Shown here piece by piece: positions 1 through 11,030 of a stretch of 64,000 nucleotides of DNA; the stretch's first letter is position 1, and the number at the start of each line of letters is the position of its first letter. Under the pieces are notes generated by a model. The model was given only the letters and a program-made list of their open reading frames with translations, did not search any database and was not told the DNA's origin. Location of the stretch: assembly GCF_001194135.2 (NCBI RefSeq), contig NC_068984.1, positions 24,578,439-24,642,438 on the forward strand, read 5' to 3'. The position numbers were made by a program, and so were the translations under genes. The DNA comes from Octopus bimaculoides. Taxonomy: Eukaryota.

Positions 1-31
1 GGGGGACAAACACAGACACACAAACATATAC

Positions 32-79
<48 letters not shown>

Positions 80-856
80 GCACACACACTATATTCTAAC
101 ATGTATAAGGAACCCTCGTGAACTCTCCTGTTGACGACAATGTATGAATGATGTATGAGTTTTTGTTGAATGACCTGCACAAATGATTTGGTTATAGTAA
201 TCAAATCTATGTGTTGTACATTAAATTCATTCTCTCCACCAAATCTACACTTCATATACAGGTGCACAGGTGTGCCACATGTCAGATGTCAAAATGATTT
301 CAAAGTGACGAGAAATGAAGTATTTTGATCAAGATCACAACATGCCACTTGGTCTGGAAATCGAACCCATGACCTAGTGATTGAGAGTGCAATACCCAAA
401 TCCCTATGTCACTTATATATAAGTTTCTGCACAGTGCCTGTCTACTAAATCTCGAAGGTTATGGTTGGAGGCTCCTACAGAAGGTGCAGTGCATTAAGAT
501 TGAACCTGGAGCCATGTGGTTGCAAGATAAACTTATGACTTCATGCCATAACTGTAACCAATTTCTCATTCTTATCATGGGGGGATATTAAAGTTTAGTT
601 TTCCCAATGCTAGACCAGCTTGATGCCCACAGTTCTTTGATCTGAGAACAGAGAGAAGAAAATGAATTTAAATGCCAAATAATATAAAAATAAAAATTTT
701 ACAGTTCACTTACCAAATCATCAGCTACAATAATAATAATATTTGGTCTTTTGGCAGCAGTGACACACTTCAGTAGCAGGATAAAGATCCAAATATAGAT
801 AGCATATGAAGTCATGTTACAACTGAAAGAGGAGAATATATATTTTTTTTCATTTC

Positions 857-858
<2 letters not shown>

Positions 859-919
<61 letters not shown>
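859..919. repeat. (GT)n microsatellite
   Basis: Direct reading; abuts an N-gap. Confidence 0.95.
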
Positions 920-1020
920 NNNNNNNNNNCCAGATATTTTGAGCATCTCTGCAGTGATTCCTGATGGGCCGGGGGCTTTCCCGGTCTTCATACTCTTAAT
1001 TGCTTTATGTCCATGCAAAT
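920..1020 (-). mobile_element. RTE LINE reverse transcriptase fragment
   Basis: KAIKSMKTGKAPGPSGITAEMLKIS is the typical RT N-terminal 'KAPGP.GI.AEMLK' motif. Confidence 0.75.
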
Positions 1021-1997
1021 GAGTTTATTTGACTCTCTTTCAGTTAGTGACATAAAATTTCAGAAAATCAAACAAGTTAGTACCCACATCACATGTTGTG
1101 TATTAAGATGTCACGGCTAACTTCATTGAAACAACAGAATATGCAGAAACCTTGCTGCAACTCTATTTGCATATAATTTCTCTAGATCTCCTCCAAAATG
1201 TGATGTAACATGGGTTTGTAGTTCATTATTTTTTCTACTTTCTATTGCCACTTTTATGCATTTTTGTAAGTATACCTAACTGACAGGCATACATAGCAAG
1301 AAAAGAGGAAAGGCTCAATAAAAATAACCTAAAATAACTGAAATAAAGTACATTTTTGTAATCAAACCATTTAATCTCATTAATAAAATTTCTGGATTAC
1401 AGCAAATATATAGATTTGCTGTAATCCAGAAATTGTTCAGAAAAAGTGAACAACAATATAAAATTTAGCAGATGAATTGCAACTACAAAAAGTCATTTTC
1501 CCCATGCAATTACAACTGAAATGACACATAAGTATTTACCAAAACAAGAATGTTTTTTTTTCTTTTGTTTATTCTTTGGTGTACAATATCTAAAGAAGAA
1601 ATCTGTCTAGAAGCTGATAAAGCATTAGAGATAGCAGACAAAACATTAGAGATAGAGAGAAAAGTAGGTGTCTTTGTATTCTTTGCAAGTCTCTGGTGAC
1701 AATAAAAAGTTGAGCCAGTGAGGATGATAGAGATTGTGAAATAGAGAGTGTCTTCATTGCATGAAAGGAGCAAGCAAAAGACAAGCTCCAGAGAAAAATG
1801 TGAAAAGGGGCTCCTTTTGAAACGTATCACTGGTTCAAGAGTTTCTTCAACAAATTACTGAAAGCGCCAAAAAGCAAGCAGGCTGATTGGCTGGCAGTCC
1901 CCACAAAACAATCATGTGACTTGTTTATAAGTCATCTGCTACAACCGTGCAATTGAATTCGTGTTTCTCACTGGTCGCCAGAAAGTTAGATATGAAA

Positions 1998-2229
1998 AGG
2001 CGGCGAGCTGGCAGAAACGTTAGCACGCCGGGCGAAATGCTTAGCGGTATTTCGTCTGCCGTTACGTTCTGAGTTCAAATTCCGCCGAGGTCGACTTTGC
2101 CTTTCATCCTTTCGGGGTCGATAAATTAAGTACCACTTACGCACTGGGGTCGATGTAATCGACTTAATCCCTTTGTCTGTCCTTGTTTGTCCCCTCTATG
2201 TTTAGCCCCATGTGGGCAATTAAGAAATA
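1998..2229 (+). mobile_element. Young tRNA-derived SINE (GGCGGCGAGCTGGCAG family, Nin/Deu-like core)
   Basis: CpGs intact; core CTTTCATCCTTTCGGGGTCGATAAA; perfect 18-bp TSD AGAAAGTTAGATATGAAA at 1980-1997 and 2230-2247. Confidence 0.88.
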
Positions 2230-4094
2230 AGAAAGTTAGATATGAAATGATAGTGCCAGAGAATATCGTCACATTAATAGGTATGTGTACGTGAGTCCGT
2301 GCAACATTGTGCAACCGAAACAGACACAACCAAAGCACACTATTATGAAAATGCGAAAGATAATTGCGCTTGTGTGTCTGTTCGACAGAGCTTAGAAAGC
2401 TAGTGTCTGCTTCATAAAGGACGGGTTTTTGCAGTTCCTTCTACATATTAACGCTTTGCTGCAGGATCGCATCCACAGCTATACCTACGCCCTAGCTAGC
2501 CTTTTAGTTTGAGGCTTCATTGTTTTAGGTAATCCCTAAGTTTGCTGTACAAAGAGAATGAAAAAGGAAGGATTTGCGTAAAAAAAAAAGCTGTACTCTT
2601 AGCAAGCTGAGTATTTGCCAATAGATGCTTCTTATGCGTCAACTCTGTAATTTACGAGAATGAAAAGTGAACCAATTCTTAAAAGATTTCAAAGATAGAA
2701 AAACGAGAATTAGACAACTAACTAACAATATAACTAGTCTTATTACACATATAACACGTACGTATATGATATATGAATACATACAGGCAAGATCACACTA
2801 AAATACAAATTCTAAAGAATAGTCATGATTCTTCCTTCATGTTTCCACAAAAAAAAAAGAAAAAAGCGGAAAAGGAAGAGAAAAAACTTATAACTAGTGT
2901 TATAATTCAAATTAACAAATATTACTGTTATTTAAAGGAAATTATATATATATATATATAATATTTTAAGTGAACACTTCCTATAATTGTAATGCAACTT
3001 ACCGTGAAGAATTTAACAGTCCCATATTTTCTCAAAGTTAGTAATTTATTTCTTCTTGCTTGCTGTTATTTTGGAGTGTTAAAAGTAGAATTTCTTCTCC
3101 AACCAAATGATAGATCTAATTATCTCCCTTGCATCCTCTGCGCAACATTTGGTCAAGTTTACTTTCTGCTTGACTTAATATTAATATTGTATTTATTTAA
3201 TAATCACAGATATGAATGACAGTAGATTGGCTGAAGTGTTAGGGGCGGTGGTTTGGGAGAATTGTAGATCATTGGATAAAATGTCTTGCGACTGCGATGC
3301 TTAGTTACGTCCCTTTACGCTCCGAGTTCAAATCACGCTGAGATCAACTTCGGTTTTCATAATTCTGGAGTCCATAAAAAAAGTATCAGTAAATCACTGT
3401 AGTCGATATAATGGACAATGCCCCTCCTCTAAACTTTCAGGCCTTATGCTGACGTTAAAAATCGATAATCAAGTATATGAATGATGTACATAAATATCTA
3501 CCATGTGTTTCTTATACTAGATATTCTCTGGTTTCTTAAAGCGGAACAAATCGGGTCCTGATCTATTTGATTTTCAAGAGAGCAAAAAGAGAACAAATTG
3601 CCGTAAAGTAAGAAAAGCAAAACAATACATTGTGGGTGCCTAGAATAAGCATTACATGCATAAATAGTGATAAGAATATATCTTTCTAGTTAATATAAAA
3701 AATACATTACGAAGTGTAAATAAGGCGGAAGTAAAAAACAGATTCCCTGAACGTGAATGTTTCTTGTCCTCTGAGAATATTTGTTTTTATATAGATATTT
3801 GCATTTTACATTGAAATTGAAGTTGTATTAATGCAACTAATTACATAATCAATTTAAAAGATATTTTTTCCCACGCGTAAATACTGATGGAACAGCATAT
3901 AGAGGATAAAATTCTTACAGAGCGGAAAAATCTGGTTGTTGACAGATTTTTCTGTTCTGTAAGGATTTTACGAGTTGAAAAAAAAAAAAATTTCTACTTG
4001 TACTGCAATACATTTCAGCGTTTCAAAATTAAGTCTCATATTGTAAGGCGATGAATTGACGGAGACGTTAGTATTCGGAGATAAATAAATAATT

Positions 4095-4730
4095 CGCGAC
4101 ATTCCTTCAGATGTGTACCCTCCTGATTTTGTTCCCTCGTAATTTCCAGAAAAATCTATATATTTTCATGAAATTTTCTACGAATAGGCTTCAGGTGATG
4201 TTGTTGGCACTCCGACGCTTACGACGTCGAGGGTTCCAGTTGATCCGATCAACGGAACAGCCTGCCCGTGAATTTAACGTGCAAGTGGCTGAGCACTCTA
4301 CAGACACGTGTACCCTTAACGTAGTTCTCAGAGATATTCTGCGTGACACAGTGTGACAACACTGGCCCTTTGAATTACAAACACAACAGAAACAGGAAGT
4401 AAGAGAAAGTTGTGGTGAAAGAGTACAGCAGGGTTCGCCACCATCCCCTGCCGGAGCCTCGTGGAGCTTTAGGTGTTTTCGCTCAATAAACACTCACAAC
4501 GCCCGGTCTGGGAATCGAAACCGCGACCCTATGACCGCGAGTCCGCTGCCCTAACCACTGGGCCATTGCGCCTCCACTCAAGTGATGTAGATTCTGATTA
4601 TATCGGAATTTATTGTGAAGAAGTTTTTCTGCAGGTGGGAAGAGGAGTTTCGGATAATTCACATGAGTTGGCTTTGTTGCTTCATAACTTTCAGAAAAAT
4701 GGGTAGTTTTAAGTGAAAGAACGTGTAAAT
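4095..4730 (-). mobile_element. Non-autonomous AT-rich repeat (possibly Helentron/DINE-like), interrupted by the SINE
   Basis: Reverse complement resembles 5640-6030 and 21870-22400 (AAAATTTCAT..CCGAAACTCC..GGGTACAC blocks). Class assignment is tentative. Confidence 0.5.
4202..4577 (-). mobile_element. tRNA-derived SINE (GGAGGCGCAATGGCCCAGTGG family)
   Basis: A box TGGCCCAGTGG and B box GGTTTCGATTCC on the - strand; TSD TCAGGTGATGT/TCAAGTGATGT at 4191-4201 and 4578-4588. Confidence 0.85.
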
Positions 4731-4830
4731 TACGGTCATATCAGAATTTGATGTGAAAAGCAAAATAGTGAGCACGCGTACATACGAACACATCACAATT
4801 TAGTTCTATATTTAAGAGATGAGAAATTGT

Positions 4831-4965
4831 GTACATTATTTACATTAGACAGATATTTGTCCTCATCTTGTTTGTTGTTAACACAACGTTTCGGTTGATA
4901 TACCCTCCGGCCTTCATCAGATGTCTTGGGGAAATTTCGACCTGGGTTCTCATTCCTAAGGTATT
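4831..4965 (-). mobile_element. Penelope-like element terminal repeat (arm 1)
   Basis: Inverted copy of 5475-5610; contains CTGATGA..GAAACGTT hammerhead motif. Confidence 0.7.
4880..4925 (-). ncRNA. Minimal type I hammerhead ribozyme motif (copy 1)
   Basis: - strand: GACAT CTGATGA A GGCCGG AGGGTATA TCAACC GAAAC GT T GTGTT. Core and stem I intact; stem II has two mismatches. Confidence 0.65.
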
Positions 4966-4973
4966 TTTCGATG

Positions 4974-5009
<36 letters not shown>

Positions 5010-5474
5010 TCACTGCCTGAATAATAATAATAATAATAATAATAACACTAATAACAACATCGAATAATACTATAGGAAAATTGGTTATACATCATTAGAT
5101 GTATACCTGACTTTCCTATATAAAATTAAGAAATATAACGGAACGCTGAACTCCAGACTATCAACTTAAACAACATTTATTCAGGTGGTAAATATATACA
5201 TCTTTAGCTCTTGTCACAGCTTCTGTGTGTATGAGTATAGTTGTTGGGACGTTGTTATGTAGATGTGAGCGAGCTGTCGAGCGTAAGTCCGAAAGATGTA
5301 GAGAGACAGCTTAACACCTAAAGAGACTGTCTCCAGAGTTCGAATGTTGGAGACACTGCTTGACACGTCCATGCTCTATTGCTGGCCAGCAAGAAAGAGA
5401 ATGAATTGAGCGGGAACGCTTGGTTGTTTAATTCTACGCATGCATGAGACTACGCATGCGCACGGCGTTACTAC

Positions 5475-5610
5475 AATACCTTAGGAATGAGAACCCAGGT
5501 TCGAAATTTCTCCAAGACACCTGATGAAGGCTGGAGGGTATATCAGCCGAAACGCTGTGTTAACAACAAACAAGATGAGGACAAATATCCGTCAAATGTA
5601 AATAATGTAC
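5475..5610 (+). mobile_element. Penelope-like element terminal repeat (arm 2)
   Basis: About 135-bp inverted repeat of 4831-4965. Confidence 0.7.
5516..5561 (+). ncRNA. Minimal type I hammerhead ribozyme motif (copy 2)
   Basis: GACAC CTGATGA A GGCTGG AGGGTATA TCAGCC GAAAC GC T GTGTT. Stems I and II intact; U16.1 replaced by C. Confidence 0.65.
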
Positions 5611-5639
5611 ATCACAATTTTTTTCCGAAATTTCATGTT

Positions 5640-6030
5640 TCATAGTGTAGACATATATGACAAATGTTACTATGTATGTGTACTAGCCCACCAATTATTT
5701 TTCATATTAAATTCCGATATAATCGTAATCTGCACACTCCAAAAGGTATTTATGGAAAATTTCATTAAAAAATTACCCATTTTTCTGACAGTTATGAGTA
5801 AAGAAAACCCAACTCGTTTGAATTTTCCGAAACTCCTCACCCCGCTCTCGGAAAATATTTTTCAGCACGTATTCTAATATAATGAGAATCTGCACCACCT
5901 GAAGCATAGTAGTAGAAAATTTCATTTTAAAATTTCATTTCAAAATTTCATTTTTCTGCAAGTTATAAGGAAACAATTCGGTGGTGGTAGGGGGTACACA
6001 TTTGTAGGAATGCCCAATTCGCAAAGATAT
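5640..6030 (+). mobile_element. Non-autonomous AT-rich repeat (possibly Helentron/DINE-like)
   Basis: Internal duplicated blocks; similar to 21870-22400 and to the reverse complement of 4095-4730. Confidence 0.5.
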
Positions 6031-6226
6031 ATATTGGAACACTTACATAATAAATGACTGACCAGTCATACAATGTCTGCTCTCTTCGTGCTCTACAGTG
6101 CGTTTCTAGTCGTGCGTTTTGTATCCTCTTAATTCATCTCTGATTTCCTTTACCCATCACCTATCACGCTCATTAACCTGCTGAAAAATGCAGTTGCAAA
6201 AACTATAATTGTGCACAGGAATCTAT

Positions 6227-6228
<2 letters not shown>

Positions 6229-6268
<40 letters not shown>

Positions 6269-6288
6269 GTTGTTGTTGTTGTTGTTAT
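6229..6288. repeat. (TAT)n(TGT)n microsatellite
   Basis: Direct reading. Confidence 0.95.
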
Positions 6289-6314
6289 TTTTATGCACAT
6301 CACGTATACGTCTG

Positions 6315-6939
6315 GGATCTAGTTCAAAACGGGGGCACCAGTATTTTCTTAACGAAACACTAACGAAACACTTTGAAACTTGGGACACTGGTAGAATGTG
6401 TCATATAAAACATCTTTTACTCTTAGTCTTCTTAACAAAAAAACGTACATCGCAAGTTATTCCATGTTAAAGTTGTCGTATTTCTGTAATTTCAACCAAT
6501 CACTGACGTCTATTCAGCTGAATAGAGTTACTGCTGGCCGGTCATAAAAATGTTATTCCCTGTGACATATTTCATCCGGTTTAATCGTAATTTATACACA
6601 TATATTGTTTATATAATAAATTACGCTGTGCGTATCTATGTGTGTAACAATTTTAGAGTTCGGATTCTAGAGTTAGGGTTAACAGTCTAGTTAGGGTTAG
6701 GGGATTAATACGATATACACCGTTACAGCGCTAACTGTTTTCAACTGAATAGACGTCAGTGATTAGTAGAAATTATCGAAATAAGACAATTTTTTACATG
6801 AAATAAATTCGAATACAAAATTTTTTTTCTGTTCTATAACACAAAATAGATAAGTATACGAAGTTTGAAAGTCTTTCGGTACCAAAAACACTACATAAAA
6901 CATAAATGAAAACTGGTGCCCCCGTTTTGAACAAGATCC
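6315..6939. mobile_element. GGATCT-terminal MITE, copy 1 (625 bp)
   Basis: TIR GGATCTAGTTCAAAACGGGGGCACCAGT / ACTGGTGCCCCCGTTTTGAACAAGATCC; TSD TACGTCTG/TAAGTCTG; TTAGGG-like core. Confidence 0.88.
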
Positions 6940-9359
6940 TAAGTCTGTTATCTGTCACGAGTTTACATGTTTCAGAAAGTCATAATACCACACAACTCTC
7001 ATGTTTTTTTTTGCTCGACCTCAACTATCCCGCACCCGTCTTTACTGCTTTATTACTGAGAGTTCGTGCTTTCAGTTGGATAAAAAAAAAATTGTTGATG
7101 TTCAAAATATGTGCGGCGCCCCAGATATAGCACTGTAAGCGATCGCATTGTTTGCATAATATGTAGCGCTGGCCTTGAATATGAACCAAAAGTTTCAATA
7201 TAAGCATACCGAAAGTCTCTTTTACTGTTACAGATAAAGAGCATTTCTACTCATTAAGTAATTTCTGTTGTTCTGGTGCCACGAGAAAATACATTCAGTA
7301 CATTCTGTATAGTGGTTGGTGATAGGAAGGACACCCAGCTGTAGAAAACCAAACCAAACGAGCAGTCTATACACGATCACCCTGATATTAGGGGTTAAAG
7401 TAAATTGGATAAACACTTTACTAAATAGCTAAATCGAACACTGAAAATGTGTAAACAGTGATTTGTTTCACACACACACACACAGAGGAAGCACAAGGGA
7501 TAAAAAAAAACAACAACATGGGAGAACAGGTTTTCACAGATGATCTATTAGTTCAACACTTAAAAAGAAGGGAAAGCGTTTTGACGTTTCGGACTGTAGT
7601 CCTTCATTAAGAAGAAATAAAAGAATGAGAAAAGGTGGTGGGAAAATTATTTTGAGGTGAGAAATAGGAGTGGATACACACACGCGGGACGCGCGCGCAC
7701 ACACACACATATATACAGGAGTATATATGAGGAGTTCATTCACACTAACAGTAACATATTCTCTATAACATCTTCCCGTCTTGAAATATGAAAGATTGAT
7801 TACTCAGATAAGCCAAAAATTTATCATAAGGATCCTTTCATTACAATTTTGATCTTGCTGTTACACATCATTATTTTGGGTGCTTCTCAAATCAACAGAG
7901 GGCCAGCCGTACTTTGGGCACCATCAGCACTTTCTTAAGAGATTCAAGTTTTGGCCTAATTTGGTTTGCATAACCGAAACTGTGAATCTCATGCTTTGAA
8001 ATGAAAGCAGTGTTGCTTTCAGGCTGCATCAACAAGTTTGCAGTTTCTGATGTTGAATTATTTGTTGTTTTTATACACACCCACTCAGCTATAGAACAGG
8101 AATGTTCAAGGATGCGCAAATTTAACTTTTGAGTCTGTTAGCATGAGAAATAGTGCGATAAATAAGCAATAATTCTGGCAAAAGAGACTCAAAGTATTTA
8201 GGGTAGGAGAGGAATGCCTTTTTGTTCCGTCTTAATTGTTTGAAATATTCGTTTTGCAATTCGATTTTATTGCAGGTGGTATGAAAGATTTTTCTTTAAA
8301 AATGTAGCCAGGAACAGAAATTATTGGCATGAAATACTTAGGAGGTTGTCTAACATCAAATCATTTGGCACACTATTCAGAGAGAAAATTACTCTTAACA
8401 TCTAACATTCAAGCTTTTCCTATGAAGAACAGGAAAAATCTCCCGCAAACCTTACAAGATTTTTAAAAAAGAAAAGAAAAGGATTAAAGGTCCTTTCCGT
8501 GCAATAGGATTCTGTGGTGTATACATTACCCAACTGAACGAGACGCTGGTCCGTCGCAGAATTACTAATTTTTACTAGCTGTGCGGACTGGAGCAACGTG
8601 AAATGGTGTGTTTTGCTCGAGAACGCAGGAATCAAAACTACAATCTTACGTCTCGAGTGCTACACCCTAATCACTGACCCATGCGCCTCCACCCTTAAAA
8701 GACACTTGCTGTAGTATGTAGCAATTCAATACCATCAACACTGGTTTTATACATGTGCGGAGGCGATTCTAAAGCTCTAACTCTTTAAGCCACAAATGGT
8801 ACCTGTTATTGTGAAAATTTGTCATCGCTGCACATTCGGAACATTTATGTACGCACTAGTGGAAACCATGAACATTTCACGGAATTGATAGCAAACTTAT
8901 TGGGTTATTTATCCAAAATATATGAAAGCGTAGCCTGTGTTGTGTCTGTATAAACAGTCGTTCATCTGTTATTCATTGAAAAGTGAAAGAAATTGGAATA
9001 CGATGATTACTTAATGCACTTAATATACTTTATGCACCGTTTTATAGATTTAATACACAGCACTCATAAAATAAATATCCACTCTTATTTTTCCATTTTT
9101 TTCCCGTAAACAAACAAAAAAATATCCCGTACATATGATACAACCTTTAGTTAAATTGTATATATCTGCCACGTAAATAAGCATGAATATTTCACGGAAT
9201 TGCACTTATGTGCATGTGTTAAGTGATAGGTAATATAAAGAAACTTAGTTCAATTCTAAAAACATACATTTTTCACTATCCCTCCCTCTTTTTCTCTAAT
9301 CAGGTGAAAGCGTTACCGATGGTCTAAGTAACGCAATGACAAGCAGAATTGTTATAAGA

Positions 9360-10090
9360 CTAACTGGCTCCGTGCCGTAAAAAATGACGGCTAATTATAG
9401 TATTTTATATATAAATAAGGTACAAAACCAAGTGGATCTTTTTTAAAACGGGGGCCACATTTTTCATTAATGTTTTACGTAGTGTTTTTGGTACGGAAAG
9501 ACTTTCAAACTTCGTATACTTATCTATTTTGTGTTATAGAACAGAAAAATATTTTTGTATTCGAATTTATTTCATGTAAAAAATTGTCTTATTTCGATAA
9601 TTTCAACCAATCACTGACAAGTATTCAGTTGTTTATATTTACTCCTTTGGCTGATTAAGCAGTNNNNNNNNNNTTTCTTTTTTTTTAAAGAAGACTAAGA
9701 GAAAAAGATGTTTTATATGACACATTCTACCAGTATTCCAAGTTTCAAAGTGTTTCGTTAATGAAAAATGTGGCCCCCGTTTTAAAAAAGATCCAACCAA
9801 GTTTTTAGTTTAATAATTCTATCATTACCAAATCTTTTGTGAAAAATCTATCGCAGCTATCATCCCTTGACTGCTTGTTTCCCTCAAAAGAATTTTTAAG
9901 TTTACCTTCCTTCTTGTATGACTTAAGGCCACATAAAGCTTGCCGTGACTAAGTACGGGAACTGGCAAGTAAATACGAACTTTTCCGAAGCGACGTTTCG
10001 TTTCAATTGCGCTCTCCATTACGGAAACCAATCTAAACTCATACGACTTAAAGCAACTAAAAGCAGTCCGTGACTTATAGTTGATGTTGT
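9360..10090 (-). mobile_element. Helitron 3' end (PIF1-helicase C-terminal remnant plus terminal hairpin), interrupted by MITE copy 2
   Basis: KVRIYLPVPVLSHGKLYVALSHTR matches the Helitron 'VGIYLPEPVFSHGQLYVALSR' motif. Hairpin GCCGT-N8-ACGGC at 9374-9391 is followed by TTAG|T (CTAG-like) at 9360. Confidence 0.72.
9434..9794. mobile_element. GGATCT-terminal MITE, copy 2 (centre lost in a 10-N gap)
   Basis: TIR GGATCTTTTTTAAAACGGGGGCCACAT / ATGTGGCCCCCGTTTTAAAAAAGATCC; perfect 8-bp TSD AACCAAGT. Confidence 0.88.
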
Positions 10091-10389
10091 AAAAATTCCC
10101 TATTCAAAATTTATTATATAAATTTCTTAATGTAAATAAATTAGGCACATGTATGAACTGTGTATTTTTAATATACACTTGTCAATTTTATCTAGTGGTT
10201 GTATTTTGAGATGTGACATCGATCATCGTTTGTTACTGAAAGAACGCTAGTTCACACATACACACATATACTCACACAGAGTTGAAAAGCTGTTTGATTT
10301 TTCTTTTCACCGTAGAATTTCCATCACCCCATTGCCACCATCCTTTCCTTTCTCATTCATATGTTGTGACGGAGAAAAACACAAGAGTA

Positions 10390-10706
10390 TAATTATTGTA
10401 CATAGTATGTAGTCTTCAACAGCATTTAAATATTCAGTCCATTAGGCTTTAGACAATTGCGTGTATCAGTAATACCAAAATGGATATTGCTATGAACACT
10501 TTCAATGACTTACTTTCTAGATACTTCAGGCGAACCGATAATCTAGCCATTGCAAAGAATACGGTTTTCTAGAGTTTGATAAACTGAAGAGGTCTTTCAG
10601 CATTGATGCAATTATTCCATACATTGTGTTTTATTCTCGAAATTATTTTGCCAAGTATCGGATCACGCAGTGTTTTTGAAGCTAGACAATCAAGATGCAA
10701 CACATC
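10390..10706 (-). pseudogene. Decayed Gypsy pol: integrase zinc-finger region
   Basis: RDPILGKIISRIKHNVWNNC..ERP / LENRILCNG..ESVHSNIHFGITDTRNCLK..AVEDY, with stops and frameshifts. Confidence 0.75.
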
Positions 10707-10849
10707 CACTAGCGTAGCTAGAGTGTGTGCCGCTCGGGGCGGCCCTTCCGTTTTCCACCTCCCGGACCCCACAAAAAAGCACTTATTGTCTACAGCAGAC
10801 CCAAGAGTGCCGCCCCGGGGGGGGGGGGCGTCCTCCCCTAACGCATCAG
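10707..10849. mobile_element. Short MITE (CAGTGGCGTAGCTAG-type, hAT-like termini) inserted in Gypsy pol
   Basis: Begins CACTAGCGTAGCTAGAGTGTGTGCCGC; related copy at 14589; Gypsy coding resumes on both sides. Confidence 0.55.
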
Positions 10850-10859
10850 TTCATATCTT

Positions 10860-11030
10860 GTGACTGCGGCAATCATCATCATTAAACGAATTAGCGACTT
10901 GCAGATGTAGTCTAAAGTGTAGCCGTGAGAGCACATCAACATGAAGAATAGAATTTCCTTTGGCATAAATGATATTAAAATCAAATGCCGCTAGCTGTAT
11001 CATCCTGTAATGACAGGAGTCACCAAATGT
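10860..11030 (-). pseudogene. Decayed Gypsy pol: RNase H C-terminus
   Basis: IQLAAFDFNIIYAKGNSILHVDVLSRL matches the Gypsy 'IQLMAFDYEI.Y.KG..I.HADALSRL' motif. Confidence 0.8.

Noticed and set aside
1510-1830. 106-aa minus-strand ORF as a protein-coding gene
   Set aside because: No recognisable domain, GTG start, low-complexity composition.
4202-4577. Functional tRNA genes in SINE heads (also 27848, 35055)
   Set aside because: A/B boxes only, followed by SINE body; no complete cloverleaf.
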